Below, piece by piece: positions 35,460 through 44,248 of a DNA stretch of 56,758 nucleotides. A model generated the notes under the pieces. It saw only the letters and a list, made by a program, of their open reading frames with translations. It made no database searches and was not told the DNA's origin. This stretch comes from a virus (lineage: Duplodnaviria; Caudoviricetes). Every line of letters begins with the position of its first letter. Within the stretch, counting starts at the first letter, position 1. A program made the translations under genes and the position numbers. The stretch covers positions 1 through 56,758 of IMG/VR virus record IMGVR_UViG_3300046824_000124; one strand, given 5' to 3'.

Positions 35460-38393
35460 GTGGCAAACGTCTATCTTACGCTGCATAACGCCGATCTGAC
35501 GGGCATCCCTGGCCTCGCGCCCATCGATGGCATCCAGTCGATGACCGTGCGCATGGAGGCGCTGGACGAATCGCCGCAGCATCAGGTCGTGCTCTACGGC
35601 ACCGAGCGTACCAATGTCGCGGCGATGGTGCAGGCCACCGCTATCGCGCCCGTGCGCGTGGCGATCCACGAGGCGGGTATCGGCATCCTCGCGTGGGGAC
35701 TGATCGCCACCCCCGAGCATCAGGTGGACGACGGCGGCCATCTCATCACGCTGACGATGGACGACATCACGCACGAACTGGCGTGGACCACGACCTCCCT
35801 CGGCTATGCACGTGCCGCCGAGATCGGGCAGGTCGTCACCGAGATCGGTTCGCTTCCTCCCACGGGCAAAGTGACGCCGTTCGTCATTGGCGGCGCAATC
35901 GCGGGCTATACATCGGTGGACGCGCAATCTACTCGTGTGTACGGGACGGACGGGGCGCTCCTCAGCACCTCCGCGGGGCAAGGGCCGGCGACGGGCTGGA
36001 GCGCGTCATTTGTCGATCAGAACACGATTGTCCCCTCCTCCGCGCCTGTGCCGTGGCTTGTCGATCTCTCGGGCGGCTCCATCGTCGCCACCGGGAACAA
36101 CCTGCGCAAACTGGACGGGCAGCCTGCGAGCTTGACGACCGCGTACACCGCCCTCGCGCAGTATCTCAATCACGATCTTGTCTCCGGTGCGGTGGTCAAC
36201 TCCGATTGTGACCTCACGTGGCAAGCGGCAAATGCCACGAGCGATTATCTGCTCGGCCTCAGGGACGCGACGGGCATCGGCCTCGCCAACCTGAAGTACA
36301 GCTTTCATGTGCTGGCGGACGGCACGTGGCAGATTGTGGAAGCGGGCGTCCCGGTCGCGGGAATGAGCGGCGGGTACACGACGAACGACTCGTTCATGAC
36401 CCGCGTCATCAACACGACCACGACGCCGCAGGTGGCGTACTACCATAACAACCTCGGCATCTACGTATCCGCCGTCACGCCGACGTTTCCGCTCAGTCCG
36501 CTGGCACTGATGAATCTGGCGGGCAGCGAAGTGGCGAACGTCATCATGCGCCGCTCCGTGCGCCCCTCGCAGGTATGGACGGGCATCACCCTGACGCAAA
36601 CGGGACTCTTTGATGCCTTGCGACAGGCGGCGAAGCAGACGCTCTACCACGTGCGGCAAGGACGCGACGCCTTCCTGAACGGGAACCGCACCATCGAGTT
36701 CGGCCCCTTCGGCGCGCTCTCCAACCTCCACCTGATCTGGGCGGGCGCGGGCGATGATCTGGATCTGATTGCCGAGAATCCCGATGTGCGTGTCATCGAG
36801 AGCATTCGAGTCACGCAGGACCGCACGAAGCTGGTAAACACGGTGACGCCGATTGGCGGCGGCGGGAATGCGCCGTTGACGTTAGAGCGACTTTGGAAAC
36901 TCCGCTACGATCCCCAGTATCCCAATTACGGCAAAGTGGGGAACGTACCGGGCTCGGTGTTTACGGAGTTCGACTCGAACTATCCGGTGGAGCAGCAGTT
37001 CACCCGCGATGGACGGAGCGAATACTACGTGCGCGACCTCGCCGCCTATGCCGCGATGGGCAATCAGGAGATCCGCGGCACGTACAATGACGCGCAGTTC
37101 ACCACGGGCACCAACGACGCGCCCGTTGTGCAGGAGATCGCCGCTCGCGGCCTCTATGCGGCCGTGGTGTCAAAGATGATCCGTGAGAGTAAACCGTCCT
37201 GGACGATCACGGTGGTGACGGACGGGCGTGGGCGGGTGCCGCGTGCCGGGGATCGGCTGACGATTGACTGGAAGGAAATCGCGGCGGACGATGACGGCAC
37301 ATTCATCGCCCTTCGCCCTGGCGATGTGCCCGAGATGAAGACGCCGTACATTACGGCGGTGGATCGCGTCTACGACGACACGGGCGGCGCGCACGATCAA
37401 TGGACGCTCTCCACGACGGGCATTACGCTCGATGATGGTACCGAGACAGCGGCGGATTCCGTGGCGCAGTTGGATGCGGTGACGCTCGCGGTGAGGCCGG
37501 GGCAGTTCTACGATTCGATCACCCGTGACGGTGACGTTGACGCCTCCACGAGTCCCGATCACTCGCTGATCGTGCGCTTTCGTGCGCCGGCGGCACTCTT
37601 CCGCTGGACGCAGGTATCGATTGATTGCTTCTTCCGCCCCTTGCGGCAGCAGGTAAAGACTGCGTCGGGCGGGCTGCATCATCACAGTGTGCAGATCACG
37701 ATTCCCGATCATGACCATGCGCCGCCTGCGGGATTACAGACCGATTCGGCACAGATTGGCGGGATGCCCGTCCACGTTCACGAGACAGCGGTCGCGGGTG
37801 CCGGAATCAGCATGACCGTACCCGCGCTCAATACGCCCTTCCAGCCGGATCGCTACCTCGTCCTTTCCGGCGACGGCGCACAAAACTCGTACCTGCACGC
37901 GAACGGCGGACACAGCGGTACGATCCTCACGAGCAGCCCGATGACAGGCGCCAACCTTCAACCGACCGAGCACCCGCACCCCGTCAGCGGCGTCGGCGGC
38001 AAGATCACGACGCCGCATCAGTTCGCGCCAATCTCGACCACGACCGTCCAGACCTCCAACGATGGCGTACATACGCACGACATCCCGACCGAACTGCACG
38101 ACACCACCAGCCCCACCCTCTGCTTCCTCTCCATTGATAGCGGCGATGGCGGCTTTCAGCCTGTCAGTGCCGCACTCAAAGATACACGATCCGGCAAAAC
38201 CGGACCGTGGTCGGGGGATTTCAGCATCAACGATGTGTCGAAATACTGCGGTAGCGCGGGGAAGTTGCTACAGTTCAAGTTCGCCTCAGGGATGAACAGC
38301 AATAACGGCGTGGGCAACTTCGACGTGCTGATTACGTTTCAGGGCGAACTCGGTGCCGCCGGCGTCGGCTTCACGATTGATTCATTCCACTAG
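35460..38393 (+). CDS. Minor tail/hub protein with His-rich fiber-like C-terminus
   Basis: 977 aa; LVNTVTPIGGG, RAGDRLTI; HHH, HDH, HVH, HPH and HTH motifs in the C-terminal part. Confidence 0.8.
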   Translation: MANVYLTLHNADLTGIPGLAPIDGIQSMTVRMEALDESPQHQVVLYGTERTNVAAMVQATAIAPVRVAIHEAGIGILAWGLIATPEHQVDDGGHLITLTMDDITHELAWTTTSLGYARAAEIGQVVTEIGSLPPTGKVTPFVIGGAIAGYTSVDAQSTRVYGTDGALLSTSAGQGPATGWSASFVDQNTIVPSSAPVPWLVDLSGGSIVATGNNLRKLDGQPASLTTAYTALAQYLNHDLVSGAVVNSDCDLTWQAANATSDYLLGLRDATGIGLANLKYSFHVLADGTWQIVEAGVPVAGMSGGYTTNDSFMTRVINTTTTPQVAYYHNNLGIYVSAVTPTFPLSPLALMNLAGSEVANVIMRRSVRPSQVWTGITLTQTGLFDALRQAAKQTLYHVRQGRDAFLNGNRTIEFGPFGALSNLHLIWAGAGDDLDLIAENPDVRVIESIRVTQDRTKLVNTVTPIGGGGNAPLTLERLWKLRYDPQYPNYGKVGNVPGSVFTEFDSNYPVEQQFTRDGRSEYYVRDLAAYAAMGNQEIRGTYNDAQFTTGTNDAPVVQEIAARGLYAAVVSKMIRESKPSWTITVVTDGRGRVPRAGDRLTIDWKEIAADDDGTFIALRPGDVPEMKTPYITAVDRVYDDTGGAHDQWTLSTTGITLDDGTETAADSVAQLDAVTLAVRPGQFYDSITRDGDVDASTSPDHSLIVRFRAPAALFRWTQVSIDCFFRPLRQQVKTASGGLHHHSVQITIPDHDHAPPAGLQTDSAQIGGMPVHVHETAVAGAGISMTVPALNTPFQPDRYLVLSGDGAQNSYLHANGGHSGTILTSSPMTGANLQPTEHPHPVSGVGGKITTPHQFAPISTTTVQTSNDGVHTHDIPTELHDTTSPTLCFLSIDSGDGGFQPVSAALKDTRSGKTGPWSGDFSINDVSKYCGSAGKLLQFKFASGMNSNNGVGNFDVLITFQGELGAAGVGFTIDSFH

Positions 38394-38398
38394 CGCGG

Positions 38399-38770
38399 TT
38401 ACGGTAGCCACGCCACGGTCGCGGGTGCGGTCGGCGCGCAGTCGAGCAGATTGGCAAGGTGCGTGGCTGCACCAAGTGCCGCGCTCTCCTCGCGCTCCTC
38501 TGCCGTGAACGTGCCGCACGCAGTCGGCGCACTTGCCTGATAGACGCCGTGCCAGTCAATGCGTGTGGGATGCTGGGCGTTGATGCCCCGCTTCGCCGCC
38601 GCAAGGTCGGGATAGTAGGCAACCTGCGCCAGCGATGCATCGGCACTCGTGACCACCGCCCATTGATCGGGATGCCAGACGGCAACCGATACCACGGGCG
38701 CATCCGCCATCACGGACGGCGCGGTGAGCATGACGGTCAGGGCAGCGAACAGGACGGCGACGAGGCGCAT
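38399..38770 (-). CDS. Secreted protein with signal peptide, cassette 2
   Basis: MRLVAVLFAALTVMLTAPSVMA signal peptide; AGGA RBS. Confidence 0.7.
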   Translation of the reverse strand: MRLVAVLFAALTVMLTAPSVMADAPVVSVAVWHPDQWAVVTSADASLAQVAYYPDLAAAKRGINAQHPTRIDWHGVYQASAPTACGTFTAEEREESAALGAATHLANLLDCAPTAPATVAWLP

Positions 38771-38817
38771 GGTGGTTTCCTTTCGGGGCAATTGCAGATC
38801 ACGGACTGGTAGTGTGT

Positions 38818-38991
38818 TCATTTGGAACGCTCCTTGTCAAGCAGGTGACGGACGCCTGCCGATACATTGTCATTACCGAGGTGCTTCAGGCGTTCAACCT
38901 GTGCTTGTGTGAGTGAGATCGTGATGCGGATGAGTCGTTCGGAGAGGAGCGGGGGTCGTCCCGCTCCCTCACGCTTTCCGCCTTTCGGCAT
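38818..38991 (-). CDS. Ribbon-helix-helix DNA-binding protein with GGKREGAGRP arm, cassette 2
   Basis: MPKGGKREGAGRPP...RITISLTQAQVERLKHLGNDNVSAGVRHLL. Confidence 0.8.
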   Translation of the reverse strand: MPKGGKREGAGRPPLLSERLIRITISLTQAQVERLKHLGNDNVSAGVRHLLDKERSK

Positions 38992-39049
38992 TGTGTTTCT
39001 CCAATCGCGAGAGCGGGCGACCGGTGCCGCCCGCGTCGTGTAGTGGGTG

Positions 39050-39277
39050 CTACGCTGCGAGCCGCTTGACGAGGCGACGTGCATTCTTGAGGGTGCCAGC
39101 GTCACCGATGCATTCGACGCCGCAGAAGATGAAGTAGGCATTGCGGTCATGCTCGGAGCGGCTGATCGTGTAGTTGCCGCTCGTCTCAACGTCGATGACG
39201 CAGAGGGTGAAGGGGATGTGTACGCGGTCGTACACGCGGGTCATGAAGCGGTCGGTGGTACTCTGTGTGCTGGACAT
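39050..39277 (-). CDS. Hypothetical small protein, cassette 2
   Basis: GGGAG RBS. Confidence 0.7.
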   Translation of the reverse strand: MSSTQSTTDRFMTRVYDRVHIPFTLCVIDVETSGNYTISRSEHDRNAYFIFCGVECIGDAGTLKNARRLVKRLAA

Positions 39278-39298
39278 TGGACTACTCCCTTTGTCTAC

Positions 39299-39338
39299 GC
39301 CCCGCCATCGCTGCGAACTTTGGCGGGGCTCTTCGTTT
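39299..39338 (+). terminator. Hairpin: possible plus-strand terminator or minus-strand leader element
   Basis: GCCCCGCCA...TGGCGGGGC followed by TCTTCGTTT. Confidence 0.45.
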
Positions 39339-39341
39339 CGA

Positions 39342-39578
39342 CTACGCGATAGTGATGGTGGCGATCACGCGCGGTCCGCACATCGCGGAGGTGGAACGCG
39401 CGTATGCGACATACCGCAGGGTGTCGTCCGCGTCGCGCTCGACACGAACATACCCACGACTGCCCGCGCGTAGTGCAGCAATCCCGTTCGCCATCGTAAC
39501 AGCGGCACTGTCGGCTTCCTCTGCGCTCGCACACTCATACGTGCCCTGGGTCGGGTCGGTCGAGGTCACGCGATACAT
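39342..39578 (-). CDS. Hypothetical small protein, cassette 2
   Basis: GAAGGAG RBS; first gene after the promoter. Confidence 0.7.
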   Translation of the reverse strand: MYRVTSTDPTQGTYECASAEEADSAAVTMANGIAALRAGSRGYVRVERDADDTLRYVAYARSTSAMCGPRVIATITIA

Positions 39579-39629
39579 GGGGGGCTCCTTCATCGTTCGG
39601 GGGATTCCGTATCCCCCTTCTATGTTTAG

Positions 39630-39664
39630 ATTATCTCATACAGATTCATAGAAGTCAAGGGGTT
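39630..39664 (-). promoter_or_regulatory. Sigma70-type promoter, cassette 2
   Basis: TTGACT (39653-39658) -17- GATAAT (39630-39635); TCATA direct repeats 10 bp apart in the spacer. Confidence 0.75.
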
Positions 39665-39677
39665 GAGCAGAGCAATT

Positions 39678-39770
39678 TCACTGCCGATTCCACGTGGCGA
39701 CGATCACGGCAACGACCACCGCCAGCAGGATCAGCGGCAGCAGCACCCACGGATTCGATAGATCGGGCAT
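39678..39770 (-). CDS. 30-aa single-TM peptide
   Basis: MPDLSNPWVLLPLILLAVVVAVIVATWNRQ; GGAAGGA RBS. Confidence 0.5.
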   Translation of the reverse strand: MPDLSNPWVLLPLILLAVVVAVIVATWNRQ

Positions 39771-39877
39771 CCCCATTCCTTCCCGTAGCGGCAACGTACG
39801 TCAAATGAACGGCAAAGTCAGCGGGATTCGTTCCATGATGCACGAATAGACCCGTGTGCAATGAAGGGGAGTGCGTA

Positions 39878-40300
39878 ATGGAGACGGCGCTAACGCTCCT
39901 CGTCACGGTGGGAATCGGGGGAGTGATGGGACTATTCACGCGCATCATGCTCAGTCACGGGGTGCGCATCGTGGCAGCGGCGACGGACAATCCATACGTC
40001 GTGACCATGCTCGTGGGCGCGGTGACGGCACTGTTCGGCTCACTGACCTGGGTGGCGAAGCTCCTCCTCCAGCGCACAGACAAGGCGCACGCCGATCTGA
40101 TTGCCAGCATGATCGCGGCGCACATCGATGCGATGGCCGGGAAGGACGCGGTAATCGCGGCAACGGAGGCGCGATGCGACGAGATGGAACAACGCGCAAG
40201 TCGGTACGAAACCCTCGTTCTGCGCTCTATCGACGCGGCGAAAGAGGCGGCGCACGTCGCCACGGCGGTCGTGACGAACTCGAAGCGAGGAGCGCCGTGA
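39878..40300 (+). CDS. Membrane protein with coiled coil (holin-like, lysis region)
   Basis: Two TM segments then a coiled coil; GGGGAG RBS. Confidence 0.7.
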   Translation: METALTLLVTVGIGGVMGLFTRIMLSHGVRIVAAATDNPYVVTMLVGAVTALFGSLTWVAKLLLQRTDKAHADLIASMIAAHIDAMAGKDAVIAATEARCDEMEQRASRYETLVLRSIDAAKEAAHVATAVVTNSKRGAP

Positions 40301-40500
40301 ACGCGATCCTGATGACCGCCCTGACCCCCGAGGAGCGGCTACGGCTGCGCGCCATCGAGGAGAAGCGCCGCCGTGATGCGCGCGAGCAGCGGCTTGTCAA
40401 AGAAGTGGCGCAACTCGAAGAGACGGTGCAGGCGATCAAGGCGCTGCTGAGTGATGATGACACAGGGGAGGCGGGCGATGCTGCTCCAAACGCTCGCTAG
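40297..40500 (+). CDS. Coiled-coil hypothetical protein
   Basis: GTGA overlap, GAGGAG RBS. Confidence 0.65.
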   Translation: MNAILMTALTPEERLRLRAIEEKRRRDAREQRLVKEVAQLEETVQAIKALLSDDDTGEAGDAAPNAR

Positions 40501-40918
40501 TGTAACCGTGAATGTCACCCTGCCGACCGCGCTCTGGACCCTGAGTGCGGCGACCGGCCTCGGCTTTTCGCTCACGGTGCTCCCGCAATACGTCGCCAAA
40601 CTGAAGACCGCGAAGCGCCTTTCCGCGCGCAACCGCAAAACGGCGGTGGCGCTGGTGCGAGATTACATCGCATCGGAGGCCAACCGCACCGTTCAGCACG
40701 CCCTGTCGCTCGTGGTGGGGATCGCGGCAGTCTTCGTGCCGCCCGCGCCGCCACGGGACGAACCCCTGCCGTACGCACTCGTGGTCTTCGGGAGCCTCGT
40801 GATCCTCGTGCTGATGACGAACAACATTCTCGCCACCGTCAACAGCGTGCGTGCCTATGTCGCGTGGCGGCGGCGGTACGGGGTCGTCGTCACAGCACGG
40901 GAAGAACAGCAGAAATAG
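40478..40918 (+). CDS. Three-TM membrane protein
   Basis: GGGGAGG RBS; hydrophobic segments. Confidence 0.7.
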   Translation: MLLQTLASVTVNVTLPTALWTLSAATGLGFSLTVLPQYVAKLKTAKRLSARNRKTAVALVRDYIASEANRTVQHALSLVVGIAAVFVPPAPPRDEPLPYALVVFGSLVILVLMTNNILATVNSVRAYVAWRRRYGVVVTAREEQQK

Positions 40919-40920
40919 TC

Positions 40921-41013
40921 ATGCACTTCACCGACGTGCTTCTTCTCGGACTGGCAACGGGGTGCCTCGTGTGGGGGCTGTGGGACTGTTGGAAACGGAG
41001 GCACCGACGATGA
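40921..41013 (+). CDS. 30-aa membrane peptide
   Basis: MHFTDVLLLGLATGCLVWGLWDCWKRRHRR; ATGA overlap with the next gene. Confidence 0.4.
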   Translation: MHFTDVLLLGLATGCLVWGLWDCWKRRHRR

Positions 41014-41693
41014 GCATTACACCGTATGCCCTCGGACGCACGCCCGGTAACTATCCACTCAACGCCAACTACCCGATGCGCGCCCTCATGGACGTGTTGC
41101 CGCCGCGAGCGCGTAGATCACCGTGGGCGGGCGGGCCACTGCTCGATCAGGGGGCCGTGGGTCAATGTGTCGGCGCAACGGGCCGCGAGTGGCTGACCTC
41201 CTCGCCCGTTCTCTATAAAGCGCCGCATCCGACGATGGAGGAATCCTACTTCGGGGCAAAGCAGTTTGACGGCTTCGGTGATCCCACACCGGATCGCGGC
41301 TCTAATAGCAACGGGTTAATGAAATTCTATCAGAGCATCGGGCTGGTGGACTCCTACTACTGGACAGACAACGCCGAGCAAGCCGCCGAGTACGTCCTGA
41401 CACGGGGCTGTGTCCTGCTCGGTACGCCGTGGGACAACAGCATGTTCTATCCCGATGCCACGGGACAAGTCCATCCAGACGGCAACGAAGTCGGGGGACA
41501 CGAGATAACAATCGAATGGTTCTATAAGACGAAGAAGCTCTTCCTCATTCGCAATCACTGGCGCAATCAGGACGGCTCGTGGTGGGGAAACGTCAAATCT
41601 CACCCCGGCTATTTCACGATCTCGCTCGCTGATCTGGATGGCCTGGTCGGTCGCGGGGCCGATCTTTGCGCCGCCGTGGAGCATCCGCTGTAA
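41010..41693 (+). CDS. Papain-like (C1) cysteine peptidase
   Basis: LDQGAVGQCVG (Gln/Cys), GGHEI (His), IRNHW..WG (Asn). Confidence 0.8.
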   Translation: MSITPYALGRTPGNYPLNANYPMRALMDVLPPRARRSPWAGGPLLDQGAVGQCVGATGREWLTSSPVLYKAPHPTMEESYFGAKQFDGFGDPTPDRGSNSNGLMKFYQSIGLVDSYYWTDNAEQAAEYVLTRGCVLLGTPWDNSMFYPDATGQVHPDGNEVGGHEITIEWFYKTKKLFLIRNHWRNQDGSWWGNVKSHPGYFTISLADLDGLVGRGADLCAAVEHPL

Positions 41694-41704
41694 AGGGGTG
41701 TGCG

Positions 41705-41950
41705 ATGCCCGATCCTATAGTGCTCTCCGCGAACGAACGCGATGTCCTTGAGAAACTGAGTACACGACCGGGCCAGTTTGCCATGCCGCGTACGGAGCGA
41801 GCCCTACGTGTCACACGGGCTGTTCTCACTGCCTTGCAGATACGCGGCTTTATCCGCAATGCGGGCGGCGGGGATCGCTGGTCAATCACGGCTGAGGGAA
41901 GCAGATGGTTGGCGAACAATCCGAGCACCGGCAAGAAGGGGCAACCATGA
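41705..41950 (+). CDS. Winged-helix-like hypothetical protein
   Basis: LSANERDVL...LTALQIRGFI...WSITAEG. Confidence 0.6.
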   Translation: MPDPIVLSANERDVLEKLSTRPGQFAMPRTERALRVTRAVLTALQIRGFIRNAGGGDRWSITAEGSRWLANNPSTGKKGQP

Positions 41951-42216
41951 GCGACAATTTCATTCAAGCCAACATCAAGGAGTCCGAGACCGTCACCACC
42001 CACCAGATCGTGCCGAACATCGACAACCCGCACATAGTCTGGGAAGGAAGCGCGCCCGAAGCAACCGCCACCGTGGACTATCTGAAACGACGAGCACCGG
42101 CGACGGACACGTTCACGGTGGTAAAGGGCGAGCCAGACCCTGCGTACGGGCCATATGACATGCGGCGGCTTGTGGAGCGCACACCGGACGACGTAAAGGA
42201 GAAGGGCAATGGTTGA
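41947..42216 (+). CDS. Hypothetical protein
   Basis: ATGA overlap, AGGGG RBS. Confidence 0.65.
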   Translation: MSDNFIQANIKESETVTTHQIVPNIDNPHIVWEGSAPEATATVDYLKRRAPATDTFTVVKGEPDPAYGPYDMRRLVERTPDDVKEKGNG

Positions 42217-42406
42217 TGATGCAGGAAAGAAGATTGTCGAGTCGTTCGCGGACATCGACGCGAAGATCAAAGAGGCGCGTCACGGTGCGCGGGGCGGCGG
42301 CACGGATGCGGCCCTGAACAGTCTCGTGCAAGCAGTGGACATGCTGCGGGATAAGGTCGTTGACCTTGCCATCCGCGTGGACAATCTGGAAGCGGCAGGC
42401 GACTGA
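42209..42406 (+). CDS. Coiled-coil hypothetical protein
   Basis: AGGAG RBS. Confidence 0.65.
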   Translation: MVDDAGKKIVESFADIDAKIKEARHGARGGGTDAALNSLVQAVDMLRDKVVDLAIRVDNLEAAGD

Positions 42407-42407
42407 G

Positions 42408-42617
42408 ATGTATCCACAGCCATACGAGTGCAAGGAAGACGCGCACACATGGGTACGCGAGCAGGTAGCAATCGCGGTGCCCGAAGAAGGTCCGAAGATT
42501 CACCGCTTTGAGGCTGAACGGTGCTCGACGTGCGGCGCGATCCGGCGTGCGCGCGACGCCAACGGCGACCTCATCCCAGAAATCGGTGGAGACGACGAGG
42601 AATGGCATGAAGCGTAA
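42408..42617 (+). CDS. Zn-binding hypothetical protein
   Basis: C....H.W...CSTCG. Confidence 0.6.
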   Translation: MYPQPYECKEDAHTWVREQVAIAVPEEGPKIHRFEAERCSTCGAIRRARDANGDLIPEIGGDDEEWHEA

Positions 42618-42837
42618 GGTCGTCATCGTCACATGGCGGGACTCCCGCATGTACACCACGCAGGTGAGCGGCGACGAGGTTGAGGGTGTGTGCGAGATCG
42701 TCTCGGCGGGCATCCTGATCGAAAAGACGAAGGAGTGCGTCGTGATCGCCCGTGACGATATGCAGCACGACGACCAGTGGCGTGGCGTGTTGGTGATCCC
42801 GCGTGAGAACGTGGTGATGATAAAGGCGGTCAAATGA
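42607..42837 (+). CDS. Phage hypothetical protein (VTWRDS...SAGIL...VIARD...IPR pattern)
   Basis: GAGGA RBS; recognisable phage motif pattern. Confidence 0.7.
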   Translation: MKRKVVIVTWRDSRMYTTQVSGDEVEGVCEIVSAGILIEKTKECVVIARDDMQHDDQWRGVLVIPRENVVMIKAVK

Positions 42838-43259
42838 TGTCCGCGCCTGCCATGCCCACAACGATGAACGCATTCCGTGCGGCGGTGCTGGAAATGACGG
42901 ACGGGGATACATTCCGTGCTCGCGTCTGGGTACTCCCCGACATGTATTGGGAAGGGAAGATTCGTCTGTCGCGGGTGAACGCCCCCGAACGCGGGACGAC
43001 CGCGGGCATGGACGCGATGCTCTTCACGCAGCGATGGCTCGCGGGGCAACCGTGGCCGATCAACACCGCACTCAAGTACGGCATCACCCCCGCCCCACAA
43101 TGGCCCTTAGTGATTGTCGTCAAGGGGACGGATAACTTCGGTGGGCGGCTCGATGCCGAGGTGTACCGCGTGCTGGACGGGCGCAACCTCTCCGATGATC
43201 TGCTCGCGGCGAACATTGCAGCGCCGTACCGGGGGATGATCGCCACACCGATGCATTGA
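42834..43259 (+). CDS. Thermonuclease (SNase-like)
   Basis: DGDTFRA...IRLSRVNAPE...DNFGGRLDAEV...NLSDDLL. Confidence 0.8.
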   Translation: MMSAPAMPTTMNAFRAAVLEMTDGDTFRARVWVLPDMYWEGKIRLSRVNAPERGTTAGMDAMLFTQRWLAGQPWPINTALKYGITPAPQWPLVIVVKGTDNFGGRLDAEVYRVLDGRNLSDDLLAANIAAPYRGMIATPMH

Positions 43260-43272
43260 AAGGGACAACGAC

Positions 43273-43419
43273 ATGTCGCTGCTCTGGGTTCTCATCATCA
43301 TCCTGATTCTGCTCGCGTTGGGCGGGGGTTACTACTTCTCGAATCTCCTCTATCTGCTCCTCATCATTGCCGCCATCGTCCTGATTGTGGAACTCGTGAA
43401 CAGGAACCGCGTGCCATGA
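43273..43419 (+). CDS. 48-aa two-TM membrane peptide
   Basis: MSLLWVLIIILILLALGGGYYFSNLLYLLLIIAAIVLIVELVNRNRVP; AAGGGA RBS. Confidence 0.7.
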   Translation: MSLLWVLIIILILLALGGGYYFSNLLYLLLIIAAIVLIVELVNRNRVP

Positions 43420-43625
43420 GAACCGCCCGCCCCACCCCTACCGCACCCCGCCCCGCGATCCCCACGCGCCGCGAGCAGGTGGCAATCCTCGCCAAAGCCG
43501 AGGCGTGCCTCGCGGGCGCGCAGATGCATGGACGGGATGAGAAGGGGGAGCGGTTGCTGCGGCTGGGTGTGCGGGAGTTGGCGTTGGTCGTTCGGGCCCG
43601 GTGGATAGAGGGGGAGTGGCGATGA
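43416..43625 (+). CDS. Hypothetical protein
   Basis: ATGA overlaps at both ends. Confidence 0.55.
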   Translation: MRTARPTPTAPRPAIPTRREQVAILAKAEACLAGAQMHGRDEKGERLLRLGVRELALVVRARWIEGEWR

Positions 43626-44248
43626 GCGATTGGCAGGTGATCGAAGGTGATTGCCTCGATGTTATGCGCGGGATGGCGGATGCGAGTGTGGACGCGATTG
43701 TGACTGATCCGCCCTATGGCCTTGATGTCGCGGATTGGGACGACCATGTCCCATACCATCTCTTATCGGAGTTCCTGCGGATTAGTCGCGGCATCGTCGT
43801 CTGGTTCGGTGCAGCATCCATGCTCGCTGAACAATCCGCAATATTCAACCCGAAGCCTGAACGCGTTTTGATCTGGGCACCAGCATTCACCTTATCGCAC
43901 ACGCAGAGCGATTTGATCCATTATCGCTGGCACCCGATCTATGTGTGGCGAATCACGAAGCAGAAGAGCAACCCCCGATGGGACATCTTTGACACGCCCA
44001 CTGAATGCGGTAACTGGTGGGAGCACAAATGCACGAAGCCCGTGCGGTTGATGAAATCGCTCCTCGGATTAGCAATCGAAGGCGGCACGGTACTTGACCC
44101 CTTCACGGGTAGCGGCACAACGGGGGTGGCCGCCGTAAACCTCGGCATGAACTTCATCGGCATTGAGCGCAACCCTGAATACGTCGCTATTGCCCGCAGG
44201 CGCATCGCAGACGCCGCCGCACAGCCTCGATTGGAGGGTGTCGCGTGA
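43622..44248 (+). CDS. N6/N4 DNA methyltransferase (third copy)
   Basis: GDCLDVM, IVTDPPY, HKCTKPVRL, VLDPFTGSGTT, FIGIE. Confidence 0.9.
   Translation: MSDWQVIEGDCLDVMRGMADASVDAIVTDPPYGLDVADWDDHVPYHLLSEFLRISRGIVVWFGAASMLAEQSAIFNPKPERVLIWAPAFTLSHTQSDLIHYRWHPIYVWRITKQKSNPRWDIFDTPTECGNWWEHKCTKPVRLMKSLLGLAIEGGTVLDPFTGSGTTGVAAVNLGMNFIGIERNPEYVAIARRRIADAAAQPRLEGVA

Noticed and set aside
43421-43480. Possible second pentamer array on the minus strand
   Set aside because: Only about six loosely periodic units with no linker hairpins; better explained as the C-rich, Pro-rich start of gene 43416-43625, a bias seen at other gene starts here
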